DNA of 64,000 bases from Octopus vulgaris (Eukaryota): contig OX597821.1 in assembly GCA_951406725.2 (NCBI GenBank), forward strand, positions 48,360,001 through 48,424,000, read 5' to 3'. Both the position numbers and the translations under genes were made by a program. The first letter of the stretch is position 1, and each line of letters begins with the position of its first letter. This document shows, one piece after another, positions 1-14,059 of this stretch. The notes under the pieces are model-generated. The model saw nothing but the letters and a program-made list of their open reading frames with translations. It was not told where the DNA came from and did not search any database.

Positions 1-125
1 AACATCTGTTGTCCAATCTGGCATGGGTTGAACAGCTTGAACAGAGCTGGCAAGCTGGAGAGCTGCACCAGGTTCCAGTCTGATTTGGCATCGTTTCTAT
101 GGTTGGATGCCCTTCCTAACATCAA
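1..125 (-). mobile_element. RTE LINE 3' UTR fragment
   Basis: Reverse complement matches the 3' end of the RTE copies at 25080-25235 and 36980-37135 (gttaggaagggcatcca...agactgga.cctggtgcagc...aacccatgc). Confidence 0.75.
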
Positions 126-879
126 CAACTTAACTGGTACTCTGCCAGTTATGACAATACATGTTTCAGTTGATCTAATCAACAAAACTGTCTGCTCATG
201 AAATTAATGTGAAAATGGTTAAGCACTCCACTGACATACACACACACACACACATATAATATATACGCAATTAGGAACAGAAGCAGCCCTTAAAATGAAT
301 ATTAATTAGCCCATCCAACCTAACTCGGATGTGTTGTTTAGAATATTTTAGACTGCATTGAACATCCCAGGAAATCAGTTTGTAAAGATAACAAATACTA
401 AACAGCATTCATTATATCAGCTGATGCAATTTATGTCAGAACTAGTAGATGACATTACTGTACCATGTGATTTCACTGTAAATTGCAGATCATCAGCAAT
501 AGTTAGTCAAGCATTGAATGCCAGAGTAAAAATCAGTGCTAATTTATATTTGTGAAAAAAGTTGTTTCTGTTGCTAATTGTGAATTTTATTCGCAGTCTG
601 CCAGCTTCTTGCGACATCACTGGCTATTTGGTCAGCGTTACACTATACTGGTTTGATTGATTTTTGATTTGGCATTCACTGCTTGGCTAGCTACTGTTGA
701 AGATTTTCAATCTACTGTGAAATCATGTGATACTCTGGGACTGATGAAAATTTCCTCGGATGATAGAGAGTCTGTGCCTTTTAGCATTTGTTGGCTACAT
801 GAGAGGATTTCTTGGGATGTATGTGTGTATGTATGCACGAATGTATATATGCATGTATGTATATGCATGTATGTGCATT

Positions 880-1050
880 TCTGTGTTTGTGTCTTGCTGC
901 TTGACATCCAGTGCTGGTTTGTTTATGTTCCCATGAAATTAGTATTTTGGGGAAAAGTGACTAATAAAATAAGTACCAATCCTAAACCCAGAGATCAATA
1001 CAAGTGGTTAAATCTTTCGTGCCAGTGTCCCAGCATGACTACCATCCAAT
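880..1050 (+). mobile_element. Degenerate SINE family A fragment (3' half)
   Basis: gcttgacatccagtgctggtttgtttatgttccc...aataagtacc...ccagcatgac resembles the family A copy at 18088-18475. Confidence 0.55.
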
Positions 1051-1244
1051 TTCTCAGAGTTAATTTATACAGTCTGAACATGTAAAAGAGTTTTTCTTGA
1101 GAATTCATGAAGAAAATTCATAGAATTCTTCCACTACAGCAAGGCTGTTGATGATCAATTCTGGAGATTCAAAAGTGTAACCAGAGGTATTTTGGGACTT
1201 TCTCAATGCATAACCAATCATCTCAAATAATGTTCTTGAATGCA

Positions 1245-1378
1245 GGTTTCAAATTTTGACACAAGGCCAGCAATTTCCAGGGCAGGCATTAGTTGATTAC
1301 ATTGACCTCAGTGGTCAACTGGTACAGATTTATCAACCACAAAAGGATAAAAGGTAAAGTCGACCGTGGTGGAATGAT
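1245..1378 (-). mobile_element. SINE family B fragment
   Basis: Reverse complement reads gtcgactttaccttttatcc...gataaa..gtaccagttga.cactgaggtcaatg...gaaattgctggccttgtgtcaaaatttgaaacc, as in copies at 4921 and 42380. Confidence 0.65.
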
Positions 1379-1779
1379 GTTTTTGAATATTACCAAGAAA
1401 GTATGTGATCCTGCAATGAGTTGTTTATTGTTCACTCATTTCTACTCCTCAAGTTGTGATGTGAGTAGGGGACAAAGGAACCAAGTGTTCCTTTGTCCAG
1501 AATGCCCATATACTTTTGCAACATCCACCCATCCATACACATGGTCTCTTTCTGTTCCTACTCACTTCTACTCATCCCGTATCTTGAGTGGGGTGGTCAC
1601 CTAGACACCTCATCACCAGTATTTTCATTGCTTCCTAGCTCCCACCAATCATTCTCAACATTTCTTCTGCAATGTTAAGTCATGCAGCTCTTCCACAGCA
1701 AGAAACCTTCTCTGTTGGCCCCTTTTTTCATACATTAAACCCTCATCTTCTAGCATAAATTCACCATCTTCCTCTAAAG

Positions 1780-1968
1780 GATTCATAGTCTTGCAAGGTG
1801 CCTGGTAATCTAACTAGTACTGGTGGCATGCAAAATATCCAGTACACTTCATAATGTGGTTGACATTAGAAAGGGCATCTGGCTATAAAAACCATGCCAT
1901 TCTGTCAAACTTTCCAACCTATGCCAGTATGAAACATGGACGTTTAAATGATGATGATGATGATGATG
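1780..1968 (+). mobile_element. RTE-type 3' UTR with (GAT)n tail
   Basis: gtggttgacattagaaagggcatctggct...ccaacctatgccagtatg...ggacgtttaaa followed by (tga)n. Confidence 0.7.
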
Positions 1969-2344
1969 TTCCAAGATAATGAGGATCTAGACAGATTTAA
2001 TATTAGCTTGAATGAAATTGCTGACACCTACTATGAATAAGGTCATATAGGGAAAGTTGATTGGTCAATGTTGAGGTCACAGCTCAAATGTTATGGACCA
2101 GCCTACACAGAAATGGAAGTGGATGTCAATGAAGAAAAAAGTAAAGATACTTGAGTTGTAGAAAACAGTTTAAAGCATACCAACTTGAAAATATGGATGG
2201 AGCTGAATGATAAAACCTCACTCCACACCACAGACACATTACTAGGCATAAATGTATAATGAAGCTAAAACTTTTTTACATACACAGACATAGAAATAAG
2301 TGTGTGTTTATATTCTTGTATTTATAGATATGTATACATAAATA

Positions 2345-2369
2345 TGTATGATGCATGCATGTATGTATG

Positions 2370-2403
<34 letters not shown>

Positions 2404-2435
2404 TGTATGTATGTATGTATGTATGTATATATGTA
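2345..2435. repeat. (TATG)n microsatellite
   Basis: Direct reading. Confidence 0.9.
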
Positions 2436-3344
2436 TAAAAAGTGAAGTGGATATTTTTGTATGAATACATGTATGTATGTAAATGAATATATATATATGT
2501 ATGTCTGTGTAAATGTATTTATATGTATATATGTGTGTACTACAAAATCTGGGTGTGTATTTCTATGTATGAATATATGTACAGATATTCATGCATGTAT
2601 GCATATATATCTATTCAAAAACATCTAATTACATGAGTGTGTATGTATGTATGTATAAATATATACACAAATATTAAATACACACTGCACCACAAACACT
2701 GCAGTGGAAAAGATGAAAAAAAAAACAGCAATAATCTTCAAAGCTCATTTTGAGAGATTCAATTTTAGATATTTATTCATAACCAAAAATATTCTCTGCT
2801 ATTATTAGAAGAGAAAATCAGTAAAGCAAACTGAAAACAGTTCTTCTAATGATTCCAGTAGTCATTGATGAAATTCCTCTGGGCTTCATAGCTTTTCAAT
2901 ACTTTCATTATATTTTCTGTATAAATACATAAAGATGCGTTAACTTGACAGTTAAAGCCAGGATTTGCTGGATATATTTAAAACTTTGTGTTTGGTAATG
3001 TGTTGTGTTGTTGAATAAGACACTGAATGATGGCTAGGCTATATTAGTAAAGTGGCAGATGACAGACAAAACAGACACAACGCATTAAAAGAAGTAATTT
3101 GAGACGAAAAAGAGTAACAGTCTGCTAATGGGATCAGAATTACGTAACTATGAGGTAACATAACTGACTGGATTAACCAAATATCTGGCAGTTACTTCCT
3201 GGTTCAAACTACACTCATGGAAATGTACAACTCTAATAAATAAAACTGTTGCTCTTTCGTACGTACACACACTCACGTACATACATACACACACACATAC
3301 ACTTATATATACACACACGCATATATGTATATGAATATATGTAC

Positions 3345-3561
3345 TCTTACTCTCTTTTACCCTTTTACTTGTTTCAGTCATTTGACTGCGGCCATGCTGG
3401 AGCACCGCCTTTAATTGAGCAACTCGACCCCGGGACTTATTCTTTGTAAGCCCAGTACTTATTCTATCGGTCTCTTTTTGCCGAGCTGCTAAGTGACGGG
3501 GACATAAACACACCAGCATCAGTTGTCAAGCAATGCTAGGGGGACAAACACAGACACACAA

Positions 3562-3594
<33 letters not shown>

Positions 3595-3766
3595 CATATA
3601 TACGATGGGCTTCTTTCAGTTTCCGTCTACCAAATCCACTAACAAGGCTTTGGTCGGCCCGAGGCTATAGTAGAAGACACTTGCCCAAGGTGCCACGCAG
3701 TGGGACTGAACCTGGAACCATGTGGTTTGTAAGGAAACTACTTACCACACAGCCACTCCTACGCCT
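3345..3766 (-). mobile_element. Full-length tRNA-derived SINE, family A (probable CORE-type octopus SINE)
   Basis: Minus strand starts aggcgtaggagtggctgtgtggtaag (A-box-like), then ggttcagtccc (B-box-like) and ccttgggcaagtg (CORE-like). It has an internal TA/TG tract and ends ctccagcatggccgcagtcaaatgactgaaacaagtaaaag. Near-identical copies recur in the window. Confidence 0.9.
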
Positions 3767-3789
3767 ATATGTATATACATTATTTTGTT

Positions 3790-4018
3790 CTTTTACTTGT
3801 TTCAGTCATTTGACTGTGGCCATGCTGGAGCACTACCTTTAGTTGAACAAATCGACCCAGGACTAATTCTTTGTAAACCTTGTACTTATTCTATCAGTCT
3901 CTTTTTGATGAACTGCTAATTGACGGGGGTGGAGGTGTAAACACACCAGCATTGGTTGTCAAACAATGGTTGGCAGACAAACACAGACACAAACACATAA
4001 ATATATGTGTGTGTGTGT
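3790..4018 (-). mobile_element. SINE family A, 3' portion
   Basis: Same tail and body as 3345-3766; truncated at the internal microsatellite. Confidence 0.85.
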
Positions 4019-4019
4019 G

Positions 4020-4870
4020 TAGCTGAAACAAAGGATCAGTGTACTTCCATGAAATTCTGTTTCCTGCTGGGGAAGCCGGTGGCTGAAACAATTGTCATGC
4101 TTCAAACAGCATACAAAGACACTGCCATGAGTAAAACACGGATTTACAAGAGGTTTCCACACTCTTGGAATGGTCAATTGTTGCTTGAAGAATAACCTCA
4201 TCCAGGATGACTGCTGACCTCTGGAACAAATGAAAACAATACGAAATTTCATGGACTGATCTTGGTGGACCGTCACTAAACAATTGACAAACTTGTTGAT
4301 ATGACTGGAGTGTCCTGGAGCTCATGCCAACGAATTTTGAGCAAGGAATTGCAAATGAAAAGAGTTGCAGTAAAATTTGTGCCTCACTTGCTCACGGAAG
4401 ATCAAAAGCAGTCACAACTGAACGCATATTGTGAACTGAAAAGAACAGTTGGGAGTTGATCCAGACCTTTTTTCAAAGGCCATCACTAATGATGAAAGCT
4501 GCTGCTATGACTACAACCCAAAAACGAAGTAGCAACCAAGTCAGTGGAAGCATTCGATGTCACCACACCAGCAAAAAGCACATCGAGTGAAGCCCAATGT
4601 CAAGACAATGCTGATTTGTTCCATTGGTGTGAAAGGAATTGTCTACACAGAATCTTTTCCTGATGGTCAAACTGTTAACCAGACATTTTACTTGGCAGTT
4701 CTAAAGCATTTGCAAGGTGTGGTGAGATGAAAATGCCCCGACCTGTGGCAAAATGGAGAGTGGTGGTTTCACCATGACAATGCACTTGCACACACCACCT
4801 AAAGTGTGGGATAGTTTTTGATCAAAAATGGCATGACCCTGCTTACTCACTCTCCTTATTCACCTGATCT
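4020..4870 (+). pseudogene. Mariner (DD34D) transposase pseudogene
   Basis: Translates to KFCFLLGKPVAETIVMLQTAY..., KFVPHLLT, WWFHHDNALAH and SPYSPDL with stops and frameshifts; no TIRs recognised. Confidence 0.9.
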
Positions 4871-4920
4871 TTGTTGTTGTTGTTGCTGTTGTTGTTGTTG
4901 TTATCATCATCATCATTAAT

Positions 4921-5340
4921 AAGGTGGTAAACTAGTAGAATCAGTAGCATGTCAGACAAAACGCTTTGTGGCATTTCTTCTGTTTTACATTCTGAGTTCA
5001 AATCTGCTGAGGTCAGCTTTCTCTTTCATCCCTTGGGGGTCAATAAAATAAGTACCAGTTGAGCACTGGTAGTGGTGGTGGTGGGGTGGGTCAATTTAAT
5101 CAGCTGTCCCTCTCCCACAAAATTACATGCCTTATGCCTATAGTAGAAAGAATTATTATTACTTCTGTGAACTGGCAGAATCATTAGCATGTCGATCAAA
5201 ATGTTTACTGGCATTTCTTCTGCGTTCAGCTGTATTACAGTTCAATAAAATAAAGTGCCTGTCAAGCACTGAGGTCAATGGTGTTGACTCACCCTATTCC
5301 CTCAAATATGTTGGCCTTGTATCTAAATTAGAAGACCATT
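4921..5340 (+). mobile_element. Two tandem SINE family B copies (about 4921-5155 and 5165-5340)
   Basis: gagttcaaat B-box-like motif, tttcatcccttgggggtcaataaaataagtaccagttgagcactgg and gccttatgcctatagtagaaag end; the second copy is internally deleted. Confidence 0.75.
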
Positions 5341-6044
5341 CTTCTTATCATCATCATTATTATTATCATTATTGAGTGGGAGAGCAGCACATAGGATACA
5401 AATATACAAAGCTCACTATATCCATCATGACTACCCATCTAATAAGGGTACACCAGGCATGTGCATCACAACCAATTGTGCATGACAGGATGACCTCATA
5501 TAGCAACAGTATTATAACACCTACTGCAAAAGGTGCCCATCATTTTCACATTTGTACAAATGAGCAGGACTGAAAAGCCATTTCCATGCTGTTCATGTGT
5601 AAGAAGACAATCAAGCAATAGCATTACTTGAAATCATATTGTGGCCATCATATATATATATATGTATGTATATGTGTGTATGTATGTGCATGTGATATAT
5701 GTATATATGCATCATCATCATCATCATCATCATCATATGTATGAATTTGTCTGTCCATCTCTGTGAATAAACAGATAAATATACAGACAGGCAAACTGAC
5801 AGACAGAGAAATAGGTCATCACACAGATATTCCTGTAAGGTTGGAGTTTGCTATCATAGTGATGGTGGAGCCACTAAGAGCTATTTGCTATATCTTCATA
5901 GTTGTTTTTTTTTTTTTTGATAAATTTAATGTAATTCCATTCTTGTGAGATACCAGTCAGTGGGGACAGGATCAGAAAACCTTGTTGTCAATCTAGGCAC
6001 ATGACAAGTATTTTTAGAACTTTAACCTCATTCGCTACCAATAT

Positions 6045-6140
6045 CATCACCATCATCATCATCATTATTGTTGTTACTGTTATTATTATTGTTGTTGTTG
6101 CTGTTATTATCGTTGTTGTTGTTGTTGTTATTATTATTAT
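6045..6140. repeat. Compound (CAT)/(TGT)/(TAT) trinucleotide repeat
   Basis: Direct reading. Confidence 0.9.
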
Positions 6141-7089
6141 TGCATTTTCCTTTAAAACCCACCAATATATTTCCTCACCTTTTAACTTTTTCATAACTAT
6201 GTTACAATCAAATTGTTAATAGATTTCCATGTTTCTTTTTTCATCAGAATTTTGGTGCCATGTTTCTCTAGAATCTTCTCCAAGAGACTCTCTGTCTTTT
6301 TAAATTTCAAATGAGATTCATATGAATGAATGGAAACAAATGCATTTCTGTAACTTTTTAAATATTTAAAATATTCTTTACAATCAATATTGCTGTACAT
6401 GAATTTCTTTTATTCCAGCTAAATACTGTTGCCATTTATTCTCAAAATAAAATCTGTATTCTATATATAAAATTCCTGATTATCAATTAATTGAAGATTC
6501 GTTAGAAAAATTAATGGATAAACACATAAAATGCTATCCCAGTATGTGTATCTGATATTCAATCAGAACATATTTAAAATATTCTGTGAAACTAAACATG
6601 TTTCTTTAGAGCAAGTGTTGTCTGTATCCATGTGGCATTGAGATAATAAGGTTTCTGTAGAGGTGAGCAAGATACCGTTGCTTGTAATTTAGACCCAAAT
6701 CAACCATGACTGAACTGATCTATAGTTAAATGTGCCATCATGTCTTCTTCAGACTTGTCCTTCCTTTGTAAAGACAATAAGGTGCAACAAGAAGATTTTG
6801 CTGCAATCTCTTGTATGTCAAGCAACCACTGAGATGGTTTTTGTTATTGGTTCATGTTGTAAACAATATACAATGGTAGGGGAAAGACACATAGTTTATT
6901 GATTGACTTATTGACCCATACTGTATTGATGTATTGACTTGTTAACCTGTAGCCAATTGACATTTTGGCTAACAAATCTACAGTCCACAGAGTGATTGAC
7001 ATATTGATCCATAGTTTATTGACTTATTCAGTGACCTAAATAAGATTTGCTCTCTTTACAGATTCCTCCTCTGACTCTACCTCCTCATC

Positions 7090-7169
7090 ATCATTATCAT
7101 CATTCATCATAATAATAATAATAATAATAATAAAAATCATCATCATCACGATCATCATCATCATCATCC

Positions 7170-7209
<40 letters not shown>

Positions 7210-7400
7210 TTAACGTCCTCATTTCCAAGTTTGCATGGATCAGATAAAATTTGTTGGAGAAGATTTTCTACAATTAGCTGCCCTTCTTGTTGCCAACTCC
7301 ATCTATTATGGCCAGCCTTTATTCTATGGAAGGCTGGAAATAAACAACATCAGTGCTCTGACAGTGATGCTCATTTATGACCATCACATCTTAGATAAGA
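7090..7400 (-). mobile_element. RTE-type 3' end with long (CAT)n tail on plus strand
   Basis: (cat)n followed by ttaacgtcc...gcatggatc...gctgcccttcttgttgccaac, the reverse of the RTE 3' terminus. Confidence 0.65.
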
Positions 7401-7644
7401 TTGCACACAAATGCATGCACACCCACACACAACACACAAACACACACAAAATATAATTAAATGCATACATACGTGTGTGTGATTGCATCCATTGGTCCTC
7501 TCTCTCTCCCCCTCTCCCTCCCTGTCTCTGCTTTCCTGGCTTTCTTATAATGATCCCTGCTTCTCTGAATTAACTAGGCTCATACCACCTCCAATCAGCC
7601 TTTCCTAACCCATTCATTGTAGAAGTCACTTTTGCAAGGAGTCA

Positions 7645-8000
7645 AAGTTCATCCCCTCATCACCGCGGTGGGGATGCTGGCAATGGGTAGTGTCAGAGCT
7701 ATGCTGTCGGGAACTTCAGTTCCTGGTAGGGCCACCCAAGGCGGATTGGTCTGACACCGAGTGGTATTAGGGCCACAACCCGGCAGATGGGGCTCTGGTG
7801 AAAATCCTCGGAGTGTCTGCTTTGGCAACTGGTGGCTCCTCAGTCATTCTGTCCCAGCGTCTGCGGACAATCTGTGGCAAACAGGATGTCCCCACATGCA
7901 GGATTGTTGGGGACCGCTTTTGAAATCCACATATTCCCACGAAACTTCTTCCATGAGTAGAAGAAGCTGACTCAACCCGCCCAGGGTGAATGTCGCCACA
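7645..8000 (+). mobile_element. GC-rich 5' UTR of an RTE (BovB/Expander-like) element
   Basis: gagctatgctgtc...ctggtagggccacccaaggcgga...ggtc resembles the 5' UTR motif of BovB/Expander RTEs (recalled, not searched). Nested hairpins are visible. Confidence 0.55.
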
Positions 8001-8535
8001 AGTGCAAGTAAGTACACTGTAGTGCTGAACCTGAAACCATGTGGTTGGGAAGCAAACTTCATAACCTTACACAGCCATGTCTGTACTTTGTGTGGCAAAT
8101 AAAATAGATAGCTGTAGTTGATATAATATACTGTATCCACTTCTCAAACATGACCTTGAGCCAATGTTATATATTAGTGTAATCCGCCATAGCCCTATGT
8201 TCTCCCTCCTAAATGTGAAAAACTGCGGTTATGTTAGAAACCCATACATCAGATAAGGATCAATTGTTGTATTAATAGTTTGGTGGATATTCTAATGAGG
8301 ACAATAAAACTAATCCATCATTGATATTCTAGAATTGATAAGTCAGCCAATTGACTCTATTGATCACAGTTAAACACAACAACTGAATGACAACACAATT
8401 CATGTTTATCCCCCACTACCAGAAAGCCAATCTCATTGATGTCTGCCCACCACCACCCTGAAAAATGCTCGAATTCTTCAAAATTTACAGTGTTTAAAAT
8501 ATTATTGAATTTACTCTGTTTATCATACATGAGAT

Positions 8536-8716
<181 letters not shown>

Positions 8717-8999
8717 ATTGATTGACTGATTAATTGATAAAACAGCATCATCACTTTGTTCTGTAACTGAACAACTTAGAAACCATTGATAATAGTTTAA
8801 CGTTCACACAAAAGTCAAGTAAGTTGAATTAAATATAGGTTTTGTCTGGTAGAACTAGTCTGTTTCCTGCTTAACACCACAGCTTGACTTTTGTGGGGAG
8901 AAGATCTCAGATTTCTCTCCATTGCAAGAAATCTTGCCTGGTCACTAGTCTGAGGACAACTTCCCTTTGTACAGAGATTTATATATAAATAAGTTAAAA

Positions 9000-9180
9000 T
9001 GTGGGACCCATTTGATATCCAAAGAGAATACATTGTTGGAGCATGGCTGGCTGAAGATTCAATCACTAAAACTACAGAATTGTTTACTGTTTCAAAAGAT
9101 TCAGTCTAAAATCATGTTGAAATGCCAAAACCAAGGTAAAGACAGCTCTGGAGAGCTTTGTTCTTCTGTCTTTGACTGAG
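9000..9180 (+). pseudogene. Tc1 transposase N-terminal remnant
   Basis: DIQREYIVGAWLAEDSITKTTELFTVSK aligns with DFQRS*IVGAHMAGASITKTAKLFGVSR of the Tc1 at 28506. Confidence 0.6.
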
Positions 9181-10292
9181 CCATTAAAGAAATATCAACT
9201 TTAATATGTGCATTTGTTTGTTTATATAACTAATGTTTATATAACTATTTGTCATGCTAAACACTTAACTGTGAAGTGGATGTAGAATCTGTCATCAAAG
9301 AAGTAATCCAGAAGCGGTATGTCATACATGGCTACTGTGATTTGTATAGCTATGGAAGAATGTACAGATTGTGAAAATATGGAATACTGTGATAGTAAAT
9401 ATTTGTATTCTTCTAATGATTCATTAAAAACAGTAGATACTATCTGTTACTTGAGTCACTTTATTAGGACCAGTAATAACTGTAATAATAAAAGTAAAAT
9501 ATTTCAGCTATTTGCTACCTATCTCTCACTTTCTCACTTTTTACTCCATTTCTCACTCTCTCTTCCCCTCATCCATCTTTATTGCTAGCCATCCCCCCTC
9601 TCTCTCTCCCCTTATTACTCTACCTGTTGACATCAATCACTGTCTCCCACCTACCGTTCATTATCATTGCCAATAATCCTTCTTCCATCAATCTGTCAGC
9701 TTCCAATCAGTCCCTCATCCTGTTGTAATCACTTTAAACATTCACCAACTATTTTTATTTTACACCCACTGAAGAATTGCTCTTTGCTTTCAATTTTAGC
9801 CTCCCTATCACATCTGTTCTTCATAGTCAGAATGAAGCATTTTCTAATTCCCATGAATTGCCATTTTATTGTTATTCTTCCTTCATCTTCCTGTATCAAC
9901 AAAGTACAATATCGTGCATTTACCTACAAGCCCACATCTCACCACTGTAGGAAGTGCCATACTCTGTCATCCACACACTTCTCATGATTCCCTAAATCCT
10001 TTACATTTTAAATCTTTTCATACCTCCATTCCATTCCATTTTGTCCCCTTCCAAGGTACCATTAACTCAACACTTTGGACTTTTTTATCAAGACAGCCCA
10101 TGCCAACCAGAGTGTTTCCTTATTATGGCAGTCTGTCATGGAAACACAAGTTTTTCCTTCAAATCAACCAGAAAAGTAATATTGTCAATAGAAAATAATA
10201 TTAAAATATAAAGTATTGTTGCCATTATTTTGTCCAACTCCTGCATATATACATAAATACATATATATGTGTGTGATGTACTATTCATTTAT

Positions 10293-10681
10293 TCTTTTAC
10301 TTGTTTCAGTCATTGGACTGTGGCCATGCTGGAGCACCTCCTTTAGTTAAACAAATTGACCTCAGGACTTATTCTTTGTAAGCCTAGTATTTATTCTATC
10401 TGTATCTTTTGCCAAACTGCTAAGTTACAAGAACTTAAACATACCAACATCAGTTGTCAAGCGATGGTGGAGGGACAAACACAGATACACAAATACACAC
10501 ACCCCCACACACACACACACACACATACTACAGGCTTCTTTTAGTTTCCGTCTACCAAATCCAGTCACAAAGCTTTGGTTGGCCTGAGGCTATAGTAGAA
10601 GACACTTGCCCAAGGTGCCATACTGTGGGACTGAACCTGGAACCATGTGATTGGGAAGCCTAGCAAGCTTCTTACCACACT
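10293..10681 (-). mobile_element. SINE family A
   Basis: Colinear with 3345-3766. Confidence 0.9.
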
Positions 10682-10867
10682 ATGTACACATCTTAAATAT
10701 TGAAGTATCCTAATTGTATCACTCTATTAGCATTAGTAATGCTGATGATTAAGAGATTTCTGAGAATACAATAAGAAACAAAGTTGTGACATACAGTAGT
10801 GGTTGTCACAAATCTTTTATCAACCATTTCTTGAAGAACATTGCATTGGCAATCTTACAATAATATA

Positions 10868-10871
<4 letters not shown>

Positions 10872-10943
<72 letters not shown>
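10872..10943. repeat. (TG)n microsatellite
   Basis: Direct reading. Confidence 0.95.
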
Positions 10944-10945
<2 letters not shown>

Positions 10946-13900
10946 ACTGTGAACCACACTGATCTGACCATTCATTTTGATGTTATGTAATCTTGCTACA
11001 GGTTGGGGAGGTGCATGGAATGTCAGCTTTCTGGATTCAGGTTAATAGAAGTCTCAAGACAACATCAGTAGAGATAGACATAACTTCAAAACAGTAATTA
11101 CTTAAGTAATGCTCATTACAATTAAAACTACATTTCTTTATGGGACTAACGATCATGTTCCTGATGTTAATTGCTATTTACTTTCAAATATTTATTAATC
11201 ATTTCCCTCGCCTTCATATTCCTATCCTTTCAGTCTTTCTGATTCACCAATTTAATAGTTTAAAAGGAAATTAAGCCAGCTGTGTTGATGGAATAAATTA
11301 AAATCTGATCAGATAAAACCTCTAATTAAATCTGTCTCATATTTCATTCTCTCTTTACACCATATTTATTCTGAAACTAATTTTCTGTTGATTAATTCTT
11401 TTAATTTCCTATTTCATTAAACTTTTCTCTTTGCCTCTTTTTATTTCTGATTTTCATGATTTTCTTTGTTATGTCAACTTATCCCCTCCTCCCTCCCCAC
11501 AAACTGTACCCTGTCCCTGAACATTATTAAATCATAGGTTATCTCTTTTAATGGCGCTCACAGAAAATGTCACCCCATTCAAAGTATCAAAGAGTCTTAA
11601 TTTAAAAATCCCTTTCTTCTTTAGTTATACAGACAAGGAGGATAAACATTAGAATTCTAAGAAATAAATGGTTAATAGCATAACATGCAAGAGTGTTGAG
11701 CTGTCAGAAATGGTAGGGCACTGGACTAAAGACATTATAGAGTGTGCTGCTTTAATCTCTTTATATTCTGGTTTCAAATCCCACTGAAGTCATCTTTGAC
11801 TTTTCACCTCTTCAGTGATGATAAAATAAAATCCATTAAACTATTACATTAATTCATTCAAGTACAACCTCGTTTGTTCAAAAGCATTAGTATTATGCTT
11901 TGAATAAAGGAATATAACTCCAGATTCTTAATAATCCACATGGCTTTTGTCCTTAAATTAATTTCAGATGGAAGATTACCACTTTGAAGCTTTATAGTAG
12001 ACAAATAAATGTTGAAGTATTTACAAAAGTTTTATATTTCAAACTTGTTTTAGGGAAGATTCTAGATATAAACCATTTGTACTAATGAGAACTACTGTTG
12101 TATATCCCCACTACAGTGGTGGTGGTGATGTATATCTATATTTACTTGGCTAAATTCCCTTAGTCGTTGTCTAAATTTAGTTAACCTTTACATAATTTAT
12201 TGGCTCATTAACTCTGCTTTCAAAAGCAGTTTCTTAAATCTTCTAGCAATGATAATTAACCATTGTAGAAACATTCCCCAGAGGTGGCACCAATTTGGAA
12301 CAGTTAAATAGAACTAAGACACAGAATTAAGTGTTTTGTTTAGAAATGACATAAAACATTTGCAGCAGAAATAAATTCAAGACTCAACACAGGACATTCG
12401 GTACCACACATACTCTGCCATTGCGTCTATATTTTTTTACTGTTTATTTCATTGAATTAGTTTTGTTGGTTGATTACAGCAGAGCAGTAGCCAATTAGTA
12501 GGTTTAATTATTTTTGTTGACTACAGCAGAGGAGCAAACAGTATAATATTTAAGAGTGTACTATGAACCAGGAATGTCATCATGTGGGTCTCTGAAGAGA
12601 TTTACTATTTTACCTTCACCCTGGATGTTCATAACCTTGACAATTTTTCTACTTCTTCAATAACTGATCAACCCTGATTGAATCATAACTCTGACACAAA
12701 TGGCCAGTCAAACAATTGAGAGTAATACACACACATAGGGCTTCAAAAATATCATGTCTTTTCTAAGTTAAGGCAATAGATTTAGTTGCATTCTGAGTTC
12801 AAATCCCACTGATGTCAGTTTGTTTTACACCACTGAAATCAATAAAACAAACTGCCTGTCAAGTACTGATTTTTATTTAATATTTTTATAGTGTCATAGT
12901 TGTGAATGCATAATAATTATAATTAATGAGAACCCTACACTGCAGAGTACAATATAAGTTGTCAAAGTCTCTGTATGTTGTTTTGTATTGCCATATCCCA
13001 TCTAGTTCTGAAGCTTGTGACCAAAGTAGGGTTGGGTGAAATGCTCCAAGTTAGAGTGTGACAAGTTACAGTTACTCACTACACATCACTGGGGGTAAGC
13101 TATCCATCTCAACCACATTATTAGGGGGTCACCAATGCTGCAGCTTTGTTTGTATATATTTGTTTTTTGTGACTAGGTTCTGTTTTATGCATTTGTAAGA
13201 GAAGAAAGAGTTGTACTTTTGCTCCATTTCAGGGCCTCTGAGAGCTTGGAAGGGGAGAAAATAATCTACAAACCAGAGATTTGACTTAATTTCTTACAAT
13301 AGACTGGGCTTCATAAAGATATGTCAGGACCAGGTGCTGATCTTGGTAAATCAAACGATTTACCAACAATGAATATTCCCTCTGATAGATTTGTATTAAT
13401 CCCACTCATAACCTTTGGTCAATCCAGGCTTTAATAGAAGACATTTGTCCATGGTAACACATGGTGGAAGTGACATTCTTAACCCCATAGACAGTCACGA
13501 GGAAGAATAAGAGAAGAAATCACAGATGTAGAAACAAAATTTGAAATTGAAGGTACTCTGAGTATACTTAGAAAATGCTAAAGTAAAATGTGTGTGTGTG
13601 TGTGCATATAATGTGTATATGTAAATATGTATGTACAACACTTCCTTCTCTCTTTTCTGCTTCCTTTTTTTTCTTCTTCTTTTAATTCCTCCTTTAATAT
13701 TATTATTAGCTATCTTTTCCCATTTTATAGAAATTATATTCATCATTTCATTACAACCATTTCCTCAATCTTTTTTCTTCAACCTCCTATACAACATCCA
13801 AATCCATCTCTTCCTTCCTTCCATTAAACTCTTCTTTCATTCCTTTTTCCTGTCTTTTTCTCCATGGTTTCTTCCTTATTTGTTCCTCTATTTTACAGCC

Positions 13901-14059
13901 AACATCAGGAGTTCCTAACAAGCTGCTTTTGATTCTTTACTGTACAGAAAACCAACAAAGTTCCAGTCACCTATGAAGCCTCCTCATTCCACCATTGTCA
14001 CAGTGACCACTACCATTGCAATCACCGTAAGTACCACAACAACTACCCCTAACTCAACC

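Noticed and set aside
3690-3766. tRNA genes at SINE heads (also 18088, 19900, 43450, 63450)
   Set aside because: A/B boxes are present, but there is no complete cloverleaf and each is attached to a SINE body.
6197-6400. 67-aa minus-strand ORF with protein-like composition
   Set aside because: No recognisable motif or convincing splice sites; compatible with chance in AT-rich DNA.
13495-13551. Purine-rich stretch as a possible small exon
   Set aside because: Weak polypyrimidine tract and weak donor (gtactc), directly after a SINE fragment.
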